A stretch of 64,000 nt of DNA from a virus. This document shows positions 50,041-58,987 of this stretch, in pieces. A program made the position numbers and the translations under genes. Location: IMG/VR virus record IMGVR_UViG_3300045988_098456. One strand, 5' to 3'. Under the pieces are notes generated by a model, which was given only the letters and a program-made list of their open reading frames with translations, did not search any database and had not been told where the DNA came from. Positions within the stretch are counted from its first letter, which is position 1. Every line of letters begins with the position of its first letter.

Positions 50041-50574
50041 ATGTGTGTTATTATTGTATGTCCGAAAGGTGTTGCTTTACCATCCGTAGATGAGCTGAGG
50101 GCAGCGTATATGAGAAATCCAGATGGTTGTGGGTTCGTGAGCGAGTCTGACCATTACAAGAGTTTGCATTTCTCTACATTTATCCGTAGATTAATGAAGC
50201 GAGATATAAATGAGAATGTAATCATACATTTCAGATTTGCTACTCATGGTTCTGTCTGTGTCAAGAATTGCCATCCATTCTACAAGGCAGGTTATTGGTT
50301 CGCACATAATGGAGTGCTCCCGATTTGCTCCGAGCATGATAAAACAGATAGTCAAATTTGTTTTGAACGTTTCATTTATCCTACTATCAAGAAATATGGT
50401 TGGGGTTCTGATGAACATATGAAAGAAATGAACAAATGGACAGCTCATGGTTCTAAGTTTGCAATGTTGCATAATGGTGAGATTGTGAAGTCCGGTAAAT
50501 TCATAGAGCGTGATGGACGGTTCTATTCTAATTTGAATCATTTGGGTTATATGAGAAATGTAATAAACTTTTAG
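50041..50574 (+). CDS. class-II (Ntn) glutamine amidotransferase-like protein
   Basis: 177 aa. Cys2 nucleophile (MCVIIV), NPDGCGF, HFRFATHGS, NCHPF and FAHNGVL. Confidence 0.65.
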   Translation: MCVIIVCPKGVALPSVDELRAAYMRNPDGCGFVSESDHYKSLHFSTFIRRLMKRDINENVIIHFRFATHGSVCVKNCHPFYKAGYWFAHNGVLPICSEHDKTDSQICFERFIYPTIKKYGWGSDEHMKEMNKWTAHGSKFAMLHNGEIVKSGKFIERDGRFYSNLNHLGYMRNVINF

Positions 50575-50608
50575 AGGATTAATGTTTAGGTTCTTTTTAT
50601 TCGACAAG

Positions 50609-50645
50609 CGTCAGATGTCCGTGAGGATATTTGGCGTTTTTTTTT
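50609..50645 (+). terminator. intrinsic terminator
   Basis: Stem cgtcaga / tttggcg (two G-U pairs) followed by a T9 run. Confidence 0.5.
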
Positions 50646-50796
50646 GTTATATAAGGAGTTCTATTTGTGTTGCTATTAATTATTAGTTTATGTGATGAAA
50701 TAGCCTTAAATCGCTTAGAAATGCCGTTATTACTCACTTTTGCTTAAAAGTGAGATACTTGCAAATGGTTTAGTGCATTTATTATTCTTTTCGTAT

Positions 50797-50804
50797 TATC
50801 TTTG
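50797..50804 (+). promoter_or_regulatory. Bacteroidota-type -7 box (TATCTTTG) for the head module
   Basis: tatctttg lies 29 nt upstream of ATG 50833. Confidence 0.55.
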
Positions 50805-50832
50805 CACTAGTTTTAACAAATATATCGAAAGA

Positions 50833-51690
50833 ATGAAAGATAAAATTTTCCAGTTACTAAAACAAGAGTATAAGTCTCTTGGGTTAGGTGATGAAGTTCT
50901 TCAGGCACATGCCGAAATGCTTGATAAGATGGGGCTTGTTACTGATGACAACATCGAGACAGTGGTTGCTAGTCAAAAGAGTTTTTTGGAGTCCTTGCAA
51001 AAGGACAATGACCGCAGAGTTACCGATGCCAAGAAAAAGTTCGAGGAGGCACAGAAGGCTAAAGAAGATGCTGAACGCAAGGCTGCTGAAGAAGAAGCCA
51101 AGAAGAAAGCTGACGAAGAAGCCAAGAAAGCCGCTGAAGAAGCCGAAAAGAAACGCTTGGAGGAATTGGCAAAGAAAAACGAAATGCCGGATTATCTCAA
51201 AAAATACTTTGAAGAGCAAGCAGCAGAGAAGAAAGCTTCAGATGAAGCAAGAACCAAGGAACGTGAAGAGTTCAAGAAACTCGTTGAGACCTTGACTCAG
51301 AAGAACACAGACCAAGCCAAGACTTACAACGAACAGATGGAGGCGCAAAGCAAGACCATTAAGGAATTGCAAGAAACTATCCAAAAGCAAGCTGAGGAGG
51401 CTAAGGCTAAGGAAGAGGCTGCTGCGAAGGCAAAGGCAAAGGCAGACCACGATGCGAAGATTTTATCAAAGGCTAAGGAGTTGGGCATTCCCGAAAGTCG
51501 TATCAACGAGGGTTTCACCTTGAGCGATGATGCTACAGATGAAGCTATCGAAACATACCTCTCCAAGGTAGCGAACAACTACAAGGCGTTGCAACAACCA
51601 CAATTCGGGGGCAGCTATCGTGCTAGCGAGGGCGAGCCAACAAAGGAGGACGTTGACAATGTAGCCGCTTCATTAGTTCAGTCACTTTAA
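50833..51690 (+). CDS. probable capsid scaffolding protein (Ala/Lys/Glu-rich coiled coil)
   Basis: Internal ATG of ORF track 50740..51690. Contains AEEEAKKKADEEAKKAAEEAEKKRLEE low-complexity helices. Lies upstream of the capsid gene. Confidence 0.5.
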   Translation: MKDKIFQLLKQEYKSLGLGDEVLQAHAEMLDKMGLVTDDNIETVVASQKSFLESLQKDNDRRVTDAKKKFEEAQKAKEDAERKAAEEEAKKKADEEAKKAAEEAEKKRLEELAKKNEMPDYLKKYFEEQAAEKKASDEARTKEREEFKKLVETLTQKNTDQAKTYNEQMEAQSKTIKELQETIQKQAEEAKAKEEAAAKAKAKADHDAKILSKAKELGIPESRINEGFTLSDDATDEAIETYLSKVANNYKALQQPQFGGSYRASEGEPTKEDVDNVAASLVQSL

Positions 51691-51702
51691 AAATTGAAAA
51701 AC

Positions 51703-52155
51703 ATGAATCAGGAATTGAAGACTACAAAAAAGCAAATTGTCTTTGGTGAGGATTCCGTCATTATCCAGAAATGGGAAGGCGACATCAAGGGCGGTCGTGC
51801 TTTGGATTGGACAGGCGTAAAAGATGAAGTTCTTTACGCAGGTCGTGTTATCGTGACAGATGGTAAGGGAACTTACAAGCCATTGCCTATTGAAACAGGC
51901 AATTATAAGGCTTTGGGTACTTCCAGTGACCCATTGGAGCATTACAAGTATGCGGGTGTTCTCTATCGTTCCATTCTGAACGGTGAACCAGCGGCAATTA
52001 TGACTGCTGGACAAGTTAACAAGGTAGCAGCTAAGGCTGCAAATGGTGCAGACTTTCCGGATGCGTTCCTTACAGCTATGCCAAAGATTGCTTTGGTTAG
52101 CGATGAGGATGCAAACAAGTTCGATGAGTCTGATGCAACCATGGACAAAGACTAA
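51703..52155 (+). CDS. possible head decoration or auxiliary capsid protein
   Basis: 150 aa between the scaffold and major capsid genes (lambda D/E-like order). The call is positional only. Confidence 0.3.
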   Translation: MNQELKTTKKQIVFGEDSVIIQKWEGDIKGGRALDWTGVKDEVLYAGRVIVTDGKGTYKPLPIETGNYKALGTSSDPLEHYKYAGVLYRSILNGEPAAIMTAGQVNKVAAKAANGADFPDAFLTAMPKIALVSDEDANKFDESDATMDKD

Positions 52156-52172
52156 AAGAAGGAGGATAACAG

Positions 52173-53261
52173 ATGGAAAAATCACTTTATTTTCAGTTGG
52201 TCAATAAATACTTCCCACAACTTGTTGCAAGTGTAGTAGAGAAGTTGAACGGAAAGAATCAGACTGCATTGACCTATATGTACCGAGACCACTTGACTAA
52301 CACATATAGTCAGGACGGACGATGGGCATCAATTACTGCGGAATACACACGAGTTGCTGCTGATGTTGTATCAATGGATGCAGAACTTCCATTGAAGAGC
52401 CGTGATAAGGTTTCAACCGCTGAGGGTCAAATCCCAAAGGTTGGTATGAAACTTTACATGTCAGAGAAGCAGCTTAAGGATTTGGATAACATGATTGCGC
52501 AACGTTTGCCTCAGCCACAGATTTTGCGTAATTTGTTTGCAGACCTTCCTCGTTGTATTCAGGCGGTTTACGAGCGTATTGAAGATATGTTCCTCAGTGA
52601 GCTGTCAACAGGTGTAGCTTTGGCGACTCGTTCCGGTGGTACTGGTGTCCGAGTTGATGTAGGTTTTGCCGAGAAGAACAAGTTCGGTCACGGTGCTAAG
52701 GCTTGGGACGCAGAGGATGCAACTCCTCTTGATGACATCCAATTGGTTTACGACAAGGCGATGGAAGACCAAAATACCATCACTACTTGTTATCTTGATG
52801 ATTACACAATCAAGTTGCTTGGCAAGAACAAGCAGGTTCGTGCTCAGTTTGCCTTCAATCAAGGCATTGCAACCAATAGTAATAGCAATATTCCTATTTT
52901 GAGCTTTGAGCAGATTGCTTCTATCTTCAGAAATAAGTGGCAGACTAACTTGGTACGTGTAGCCCGTACAATCAAGACCGAGATTAACGGCAAGAAGGGA
53001 ACACACAACCCTTGGGCTAAGGGTCACATGACCTTTACATGCTATGACAACTTGGGTGATTTGTTCTGGACTAACGTAGCCGAAGCTACAAGACCAGTTG
53101 CAGGTGTTACTTATCAGTCAGCCGATGAGTATATCTTGGCTAGCCGTTATTCTACTAACGACCCACTCCGTGAGTTCACCAGCTCACAAGCAATGGTTGT
53201 TCCTATCTTGAATAACGTTGATGCCATCTACTCTTTGGACTCAACACAAGCGGTAGGTTAG
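52173..53261 (+). CDS. probable major capsid protein
   Basis: 362 aa. Size and position (scaffold - small protein - this gene - connector genes) fit a lambda gpE-like major capsid. No motif was verified. Confidence 0.55.
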   Translation: MEKSLYFQLVNKYFPQLVASVVEKLNGKNQTALTYMYRDHLTNTYSQDGRWASITAEYTRVAADVVSMDAELPLKSRDKVSTAEGQIPKVGMKLYMSEKQLKDLDNMIAQRLPQPQILRNLFADLPRCIQAVYERIEDMFLSELSTGVALATRSGGTGVRVDVGFAEKNKFGHGAKAWDAEDATPLDDIQLVYDKAMEDQNTITTCYLDDYTIKLLGKNKQVRAQFAFNQGIATNSNSNIPILSFEQIASIFRNKWQTNLVRVARTIKTEINGKKGTHNPWAKGHMTFTCYDNLGDLFWTNVAEATRPVAGVTYQSADEYILASRYSTNDPLREFTSSQAMVVPILNNVDAIYSLDSTQAVG

Positions 53262-53265
53262 GCTT

Positions 53266-53724
53266 ATGAGAGGTGAGGTAATTAGTCCGTTCCGTGATAA
53301 GTTCCATTTTAACACCATCTATGAAGTTGGTGCAATCTTGGACTTTGACGAAGAACGCATGAACTCCCTTATCGAACGTAAGCTTTGCAAGATGTTGGAG
53401 GTGCAGGATGATAACCATTCTGCACCTCTAAAAGACGATAAGGAAATTAAAGATACTCCTAAAAAGGAAGTCTTGAATGATGGAAAAGAAAATCCTGTAA
53501 AGGAAGAAGAAAAGAAGTCAGAAGAGACACCTAAAAAGGAAGTCTTGAAGGAGAAAAAGGAGAGCAAGCCTAAAAAGGAGAAAACCTCAAAAAAGGATGC
53601 TGCCGAGTCAACCGAAGAGAATTTCCAAAAGGAGAATGTAGAAGAAGAACTTGACGAAAAAGCAAAGAGCGAGCAGGAGGCTGCAAAGAAAATCGCTGAG
53701 GCTATGAGTCAGGCTCAGAAATAA
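53266..53724 (+). CDS. Lys/Glu-rich low-complexity protein with internal TPKKEVL repeat
   Basis: 152 aa. The nucleotide repeat cctaaaaaggaagtcttgaa occurs at ~53458 and ~53530. Confidence 0.5.
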   Translation: MRGEVISPFRDKFHFNTIYEVGAILDFDEERMNSLIERKLCKMLEVQDDNHSAPLKDDKEIKDTPKKEVLNDGKENPVKEEEKKSEETPKKEVLKEKKESKPKKEKTSKKDAAESTEENFQKENVEEELDEKAKSEQEAAKKIAEAMSQAQK

Positions 53725-53733
53725 GGATGTCAC

Positions 53734-54069
53734 ATGAAGATAAGAGAATACATTTCGCAGAAGTTTCGTGCTTGGAATATTACCGATGCTCAATTGGAAG
53801 ATATTTCGTCAGGTATAGACCTTGACGAAGAATATACGTCTGATAATTCCCAGGTTGTAGGCAAGGCGATGATTTCCGTAATCGAGGAACTGATGCTTGC
53901 TCCATATATGAGCAATGTGAACGAAAATGGATTCTCTGTATCTTGGGACTACTCTAGGATAGGACAATACTATATGTGGATTTGCCGTAAGTATGGTGTT
54001 GCTCCGGATGATGAAGTGGTGGCAGCTTTAGGGCTTTCCACTATCACGGATAAGTCTGATATTTGGTAA
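53734..54069 (+). CDS. possible head-tail connector protein
   Basis: 111 aa. Positional call only. Confidence 0.3.
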   Translation: MKIREYISQKFRAWNITDAQLEDISSGIDLDEEYTSDNSQVVGKAMISVIEELMLAPYMSNVNENGFSVSWDYSRIGQYYMWICRKYGVAPDDEVVAALGLSTITDKSDIW

Positions 54070-54080
54070 ATGTCTAGGTT

Positions 54081-54395
54081 ATGTTATATTCCCCTCATAT
54101 ATTAAAGAAGAAGTTCGTGAATAAGGTTGTCAACAAGTACAACGAGGTCATTAGCTCTTCTGAGGAATGGAAAGAAATGGGGCGTTGTCGATGCGATGAC
54201 AACTCTACCGAGCATTTCACTACCGATAATGGTAGCATATATACACCGAAATATCACATTGTTTGTGACAAGTGCCAGATTTCCGAAGGTGATGAAGTAA
54301 AGGTCTATTCCGATGATGGAAGCTACCGAGGAGGTGGAAAGGTCTATAATGCCCCTAAGTGCAATTATCTTGGTTATATGAGTATCTATGTCTGA
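54081..54395 (+). CDS. possible head closure or adaptor protein
   Basis: 104 aa. Positional call only. Confidence 0.3.
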   Translation: MLYSPHILKKKFVNKVVNKYNEVISSSEEWKEMGRCRCDDNSTEHFTTDNGSIYTPKYHIVCDKCQISEGDEVKVYSDDGSYRGGGKVYNAPKCNYLGYMSIYV

Positions 54396-54678
54396 TGTTA
54401 TAAAGGATGAGATAGACGCTTTCTTTGCGCAGGGAGAAAGGGAAGTAGATGAATTCCTTGATAGGTTAGGTAAAACTGCTGTTGAGCTAGATAAAGCTAA
54501 CGGAAACTACAGAAACCGCACAGGTAATCTCAGAAGGTCTAACTATAGTAAAGTACATGACCACACCTTAACCCTTGGCAACAAAGCGGAATATGCGTCT
54601 GATGTTTCCTCTAGGGGATATGATGTTATTGATTCGGGTATTCAGTATATCAAGAAAGAAATCGAAGATATGCGATGA
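54388..54678 (+). CDS. HK97 gp10-like tail/neck component
   Basis: 96 aa. NYRNRTGNLRRSNYSKV matches the TGNLRRS signature of the HK97-gp10 family. Confidence 0.5.
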   Translation: MSDVIKDEIDAFFAQGEREVDEFLDRLGKTAVELDKANGNYRNRTGNLRRSNYSKVHDHTLTLGNKAEYASDVSSRGYDVIDSGIQYIKKEIEDMR

Positions 54679-55103
54679 TAACAGAAATAGATGCTGGTCA
54701 TGTAATCTATGATGACTTGGAACTTATGGGATTGGAACGAAGACTGAAAGGACATCTGACAAAGGGTGGACTTGAAGGGGAAAGACCTATGGTCGGTGAG
54801 AAGATTCCTGATGAAGGCATGATAGTAATCATTCCTAAGCGCATGAGTGCAGACAAGACATATTTCAACGATTGTACTATAGAGGTAAACATATTGCTCA
54901 AAGATATAGAGGGCGAGGCTAATCCTCAATTGAACGAGCTTTTAAAGAAGGCTATTCAAACCCTGTCCGACAATGAGGTCGGAAAAGCTGAGGATGTATG
55001 GTATCGCTATTCTATCCGTTCCCACGGCATAGAGCAAGAGAGTAGGTTGAGTTGCCATTACGCAAACATTACTATTGATTTTGAAACATTAAACGTAAGA
55101 TAA
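54675..55103 (+). CDS. possible tail terminator or completion protein
   Basis: 142 aa. Positional call only. Confidence 0.3.
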   Translation: MITEIDAGHVIYDDLELMGLERRLKGHLTKGGLEGERPMVGEKIPDEGMIVIIPKRMSADKTYFNDCTIEVNILLKDIEGEANPQLNELLKKAIQTLSDNEVGKAEDVWYRYSIRSHGIEQESRLSCHYANITIDFETLNVR

Positions 55104-55104
55104 G

Positions 55105-55662
55105 ATGAAACCATTTATTGGAATCAAGAGAATTTGGTATGGTGCTCCTCTTACCGAGGCAAATACACCTGCTAAGTTGGCTACATGGTTGAAAACCGCT
55201 ACAGAGGTTAAGAACAGCCATGAGGGAACATGGGGATATTCTCAGGATGACCCTAGTGTTACCGAGTACAAGAACGAGCTGAACGGACAGGTTTACTATC
55301 GTGACAAGACCGATGAGGGTGCTAAGACAATTACATTCTCTATTGGTGTCTTTTCATGGAAGAATAAGGTAGACTTGCAGGGTGGTAAGATGTACAAGGC
55401 AACTGGAGAAGAGACTACAACGGAGGCAGATGCAGTAGGTTGGTCTTCTAGCCAAGATTTGGCTAATATCAACAAGTGTATCGTTGCTCAGACCAAGACC
55501 GGAAACTACATCGTTTTCTCAAATGCGGCTATCGTAGCCAAGGGAGACCAGCAGGACAAGAATATCACTTTGGGTATTTCTGCCGTTGCCATGGAAAGTG
55601 AGACCAATGGTGTGGCTGGCGAGTACCAATGGGAAGGTTCTGCGGTTGTGGAACAGGGATAA
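55105..55662 (+). CDS. possible major tail (tube) protein
   Basis: 185 aa. Lies directly upstream of a chaperone-like gene and is followed by a hairpin plus T-run. Positional call. Confidence 0.4.
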   Translation: MKPFIGIKRIWYGAPLTEANTPAKLATWLKTATEVKNSHEGTWGYSQDDPSVTEYKNELNGQVYYRDKTDEGAKTITFSIGVFSWKNKVDLQGGKMYKATGEETTTEADAVGWSSSQDLANINKCIVAQTKTGNYIVFSNAAIVAKGDQQDKNITLGISAVAMESETNGVAGEYQWEGSAVVEQG

Positions 55663-55684
55663 TTCATAGGCAACAACTGATAGA

Positions 55685-55716
55685 GGGGGGTGGTGTTAAA
55701 GCCGTTCCCCTTTTTA
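55685..55716 (+). terminator. possible intrinsic terminator or attenuator after the tail-tube gene
   Basis: G-rich/C-rich stem aggggggtgg / ccgttcccct (with wobbles) followed by ttttt. Confidence 0.4.
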
Positions 55717-55729
55717 AATATTCAGAACC

Positions 55730-56113
55730 ATGAGCAAGGCAAGTAAATTAGTTACGGATGCAATTCTTGGAGAAGACACCGTAACGATAATCGTGAATGG
55801 AAGGGTTTATTACGTTTCACCACCAACTATTATAAAATTGGTCAAGGCGGCTAAATACCTTGACTGTTTCGAAGAGTGCAATACCTTAGCGGAAGTCTTA
55901 GGCATTCTTAAGAATTTGAATGATGCTTGTAAGGCGTTGTCCGTATTCATACAAGGCGATGAATCCATTAGTGAAGAATTATCTAAAGGAACGCTTGAAG
56001 AGGTTGTCAATGGCTTACAAATGGCTTATTCCTTAATCTCTATAAAGGATTTTCAGACGCTATCAATTTTGGCGAAGAGTGCGGCAAGGATGATAGCAAA
56101 ACCACGACCATAG
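55730..56113 (+). CDS. possible tail assembly chaperone
   Basis: 127 aa. The position fits, and the -1 frame stays open across its 3' end (55999..56304). Confidence 0.35.
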   Translation: MSKASKLVTDAILGEDTVTIIVNGRVYYVSPPTIIKLVKAAKYLDCFEECNTLAEVLGILKNLNDACKALSVFIQGDESISEELSKGTLEEVVNGLQMAYSLISIKDFQTLSILAKSAARMIAKPRP

Positions 56114-56304
56114 GTAACGATACACTCTTAGGGCAGATTGCATCTTTTATGGATAGTCTGCACTTATCTTACCAAGAAGTAGTAAAAGAGATACCTTATA
56201 GAAACTTATTGCTGATGGCAAAAGACAAGCAAAGAGTAGCATGTGGTGATGTAATGTATGAGGTAACGGAAGAAGAGTTTGGAATGAACTTCAAAAAAGG
56301 ATAA
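55999..56304 (+). other. -1 frame open window overlapping the chaperone 3' end (frameshift extension, or a separate 51-aa ORF from ATG 56149)
   Basis: The frame one nt behind 55730..56113 has no stop from 55999 to the TAA at 56302..56304. I found no canonical X_XXY_YYZ slippery heptamer. Confidence 0.3.
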
Positions 56305-56369
56305 GTTTAAAATAATGCAAATAAAGTATTAAAAGCACTAAAACATTTGCAAGTTAGCGAGATATTTTT

Positions 56370-56377
56370 TATCTTTG
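56370..56377 (+). promoter_or_regulatory. Bacteroidota-type -7 box (TATCTTTG)
   Basis: aagcactaaaacaTTTGCaag...tttTATCTTTGcaagc has an upstream half related to the repeated module. Confidence 0.55.
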
Positions 56378-56435
56378 CAAGCGCAGAACAAAAAAGGATA
56401 AAATGGCGATTTAAGAAATTGATAAGATATTAGAG

Positions 56436-56516
56436 ACACGAAACCCGATGGACTATACCGAAAGGCAGTCCGAGTCACTATTCCTTTGACTTTGCAATCG
56501 GTAGTTTCGTGTTTTT
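56436..56516 (+). promoter_or_regulatory. long nested leader hairpin with U-run (attenuator-like)
   Basis: Nested pairs acacgaaac/gtttcgtgt (56436-56444 / 56504-56512), ccgat/atcgg and ggact/agtcc, followed by ttttgtgt. Lies between the promoter and ATG 56531. Confidence 0.4.
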
Positions 56517-56530
56517 GTGTTTAAAATAAG

Positions 56531-56833
56531 ATGCAAGACGTAAGGTTGATATTTGAGATACTGGTTTCTATGTTGCTTTGCGTTTGTCTCATATTGCTTG
56601 CTGTAAGTAGATATAGGCAAAAGAAAAAGCGTGAAGAACCGGAGCGAAAGGAAATGGACTTGATAGACTTCTTTTCTTTGGGAGGAGTTGCCTATTATTG
56701 GAACAAAGGTGGTAAGCAGCAGAAATGCTACACATACGAAGAATTTCTGAAAATCAAGGCTGACTACGTGGAGCTTTGGTTGAATCAGAACAGATATATT
56801 TTTAACTCTCAATTAGATTGCGATGATATATAG
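56531..56833 (+). CDS. small membrane protein
   Basis: 100 aa with TM segment IFEILVSMLLCVCLILLAV followed by a basic stretch. Confidence 0.5.
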   Translation: MQDVRLIFEILVSMLLCVCLILLAVSRYRQKKKREEPERKEMDLIDFFSLGGVAYYWNKGGKQQKCYTYEEFLKIKADYVELWLNQNRYIFNSQLDCDDI

Positions 56834-57053
56834 AGTATTTGTTTTGTTGCCGACAATAGTTGTATCAGATGGCATTGTTGGTATAGCTTGGCTAGGAAAG
56901 GTTTTTAGCTTGCGATATGGAAAGAACAAGAAAAAGAGCAAGAATGTATCCTTAATGATAGGATATAACACAGGAATGTCTCTTAAGTCGAAAATAGACG
57001 ATAACGCTGCGGATGATTATTTAAGACGCATTGCCGAAGAAAACAGAATCTAA
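56823..57053 (+). CDS. small membrane protein
   Basis: 76 aa with N-terminal hydrophobic segment VFVLLPTIVVSDGIVGIAWLG. Confidence 0.45.
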   Translation: MIYRVFVLLPTIVVSDGIVGIAWLGKVFSLRYGKNKKKSKNVSLMIGYNTGMSLKSKIDDNAADDYLRRIAEENRI

Positions 57054-57057
57054 ATTC

Positions 57058-57077
57058 AAGGGTTAGAAACCCTTTTT
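57058..57077 (+). terminator. intrinsic terminator
   Basis: gggtt-aga-aaccc hairpin followed by ttttt. Confidence 0.5.
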
Positions 57078-57146
57078 ACAACCATATTACTTGTGGTTAT
57101 TTTTATACATCGGTTTTTATTAACGATTGTTTTTTATGGTAGATAA

Positions 57147-58253
57147 ATGTATAAAAACGAGCACAAGTTCCCTTATAGATGGACTAAAAAAGATGCTAAT
57201 TTCACAAAAGACAAAGGTAAGGTGATGTCTTGCTTTTGTTGTGGAGGTGGAAGTTCCTTTGGTTACAAACTAGCTGGCTACGATGTTGTAGCCTGTAATG
57301 AGATAGACCCAAAGGTTATGAAGATGTACTTGAAGAATCACGATGTCAAGTATTCTTTCAATTGTGATATTCGTGAGTTGATTGCCAATATCAATATGGG
57401 GGGGCATATTATGAAAGAAGAATTGCATAATCTGGATATATTGGATGCTAGTTTCCCTTGTTCGGTATTCAGTATTGCAGGTGATCGTGAAAAGGCTTGG
57501 GGAAAGGAAAAAGTATTCAGAGAAGGTCAGAAGGCACAAAGGCTTGACGATTTGGCTTTCTACTCTATCGACCTCGCTAAAGAACTAAAGCCAAAGGTAG
57601 TTGTTTTTGAGAATGTCCAAGGTTTGTTACAAGGTGAAGCTGTCGAGTACGTAAAAGAGATTTATAAGCAGATGGATGATGCCGGATATATCTTGCAACA
57701 TTGGCTTCTCAATGCACGTAACATGGGTGTTCCTCAAAACAGACCTAGGGTGTTTTTTATCGGGTTACGTAAAGACCTTTGCGAGCCGTTTATGGTTCAG
57801 AAGGATTTATTCGAGCGAGTGCCTAAGATTGATATGGACTTTAATGAGAAAGAAATTGTCTTGGATGAGTTTTCTGACTATAGTGGAAGACAGATTCCTA
57901 AAGGAGTGATGAAGTATTGGGTGCATAGAAATGAGAAAGATAATTCTATCGGTGATATTGTCAAGCGGATGGATAATCGTCTTTCTATGTTTAATAATAT
58001 GTTTCTTAAAAAGAATAAGGTATGCAATACTATATCAGCAATGGAAGATAGGCTTGTGTATTTTGATAATCCAAGCTATATTTCTGCGCATGATACGATT
58101 TTAGCATCAACATTTCCTGAAGATTATGATTTCGATGGCATGAAGCCTTGGTTTGCTTGCGGAATGTGTGTTCCTCCAGTTATGATGGCTAATGTTGCTA
58201 CGAGAATCTGGGATTGTTGGTTATCAAAGATTAAAAAGGAGGAATGCGCATGA
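57147..58253 (+). CDS. DNA (cytosine-5)-methyltransferase (second copy)
   Basis: 368 aa. CFCCGGGSSFG (I), ASFPCSVFSIAG (IV), VVFENVQGL (VI), GVPQNRPRVFFIG (VIII) and GMCVPPVM (X). Confidence 0.8.
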   Translation: MYKNEHKFPYRWTKKDANFTKDKGKVMSCFCCGGGSSFGYKLAGYDVVACNEIDPKVMKMYLKNHDVKYSFNCDIRELIANINMGGHIMKEELHNLDILDASFPCSVFSIAGDREKAWGKEKVFREGQKAQRLDDLAFYSIDLAKELKPKVVVFENVQGLLQGEAVEYVKEIYKQMDDAGYILQHWLLNARNMGVPQNRPRVFFIGLRKDLCEPFMVQKDLFERVPKIDMDFNEKEIVLDEFSDYSGRQIPKGVMKYWVHRNEKDNSIGDIVKRMDNRLSMFNNMFLKKNKVCNTISAMEDRLVYFDNPSYISAHDTILASTFPEDYDFDGMKPWFACGMCVPPVMMANVATRIWDCWLSKIKKEECA

Positions 58254-58987
58254 TAACAGCAAGTATGACTTCGGGTGATATACGTAGAGTACGAAACTTA
58301 GATGAAGCTAGAATCTATGAGTTTCAGATGCGAAAAGCTAATGAGCTTAAACGTGAAATGAGAAAGCAGAACGTAAGGCAAATAACAAAGACCTTTGAGT
58401 TTGCTACACCGAATGCCGATTATTTCATCGTTGTCGGTGTAAAACATGGCGATGTATTTGCTTCTGGTGTGTTCATTTATCTGAAGGAAACCAACGAGTA
58501 TATTCCTATGAGTAGAAACGAGGGGTATAGCGAAGATTGTTTTGCTATGAGCGTTCATTTTCTGAAGAGATTTGCAGAAAGGTTTTTGAAAAAAGACTTA
58601 CCGATTGCCAAGATATTGCAAAAGATATATACATCGTTTACAGGTGCGGTTCAGCTCTATAGTGATGGCAAGACAAGAAGGGTGGTATTTGCAATTCCGG
58701 AAGGGCTTATACTCACAGAATACGAGCAAGAAAAGCATATCATCCACTACAAAACCTTTGTAAGCATGGATATGCTAAAGAAGACACAGAAGCGAAGTTA
58801 CGAGAAGATAAGTGCATTTCTCATGGAGTCTTGTCAGCAAATAGCTAAAGCAAGAGAAACCGGAAATGACGAAAGGCTGTGCGTTGTGTACAGAAGGTTT
58901 TACAATGATATTGATTTGCTAGATACAAAGGAGGCGCAAGCCATATATTCAAGTTTCTTTGAAAAAGGAGGTAACAATGAAAGATAA
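58244..58987 (+). CDS. hypothetical protein
   Basis: 247-aa ORF overlapping the MTase stop. Confidence 0.55.
   Translation: MRMITASMTSGDIRRVRNLDEARIYEFQMRKANELKREMRKQNVRQITKTFEFATPNADYFIVVGVKHGDVFASGVFIYLKETNEYIPMSRNEGYSEDCFAMSVHFLKRFAERFLKKDLPIAKILQKIYTSFTGAVQLYSDGKTRRVVFAIPEGLILTEYEQEKHIIHYKTFVSMDMLKKTQKRSYEKISAFLMESCQQIAKARETGNDERLCVVYRRFYNDIDLLDTKEAQAIYSSFFEKGGNNER

Noticed and set aside
50191-50607. 138-aa minus-strand ORF opposite the amidotransferase gene.
   Set aside because: It is fully antisense to an ORF with clear Ntn-GATase motifs.
53266-53724. Lys/Glu-rich repeat protein as a possible novel element.
   Set aside because: Low-complexity charged proteins next to capsid genes are common (scaffold or decoration-like), and the internal repeat is short. 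It is recorded as a feature only.
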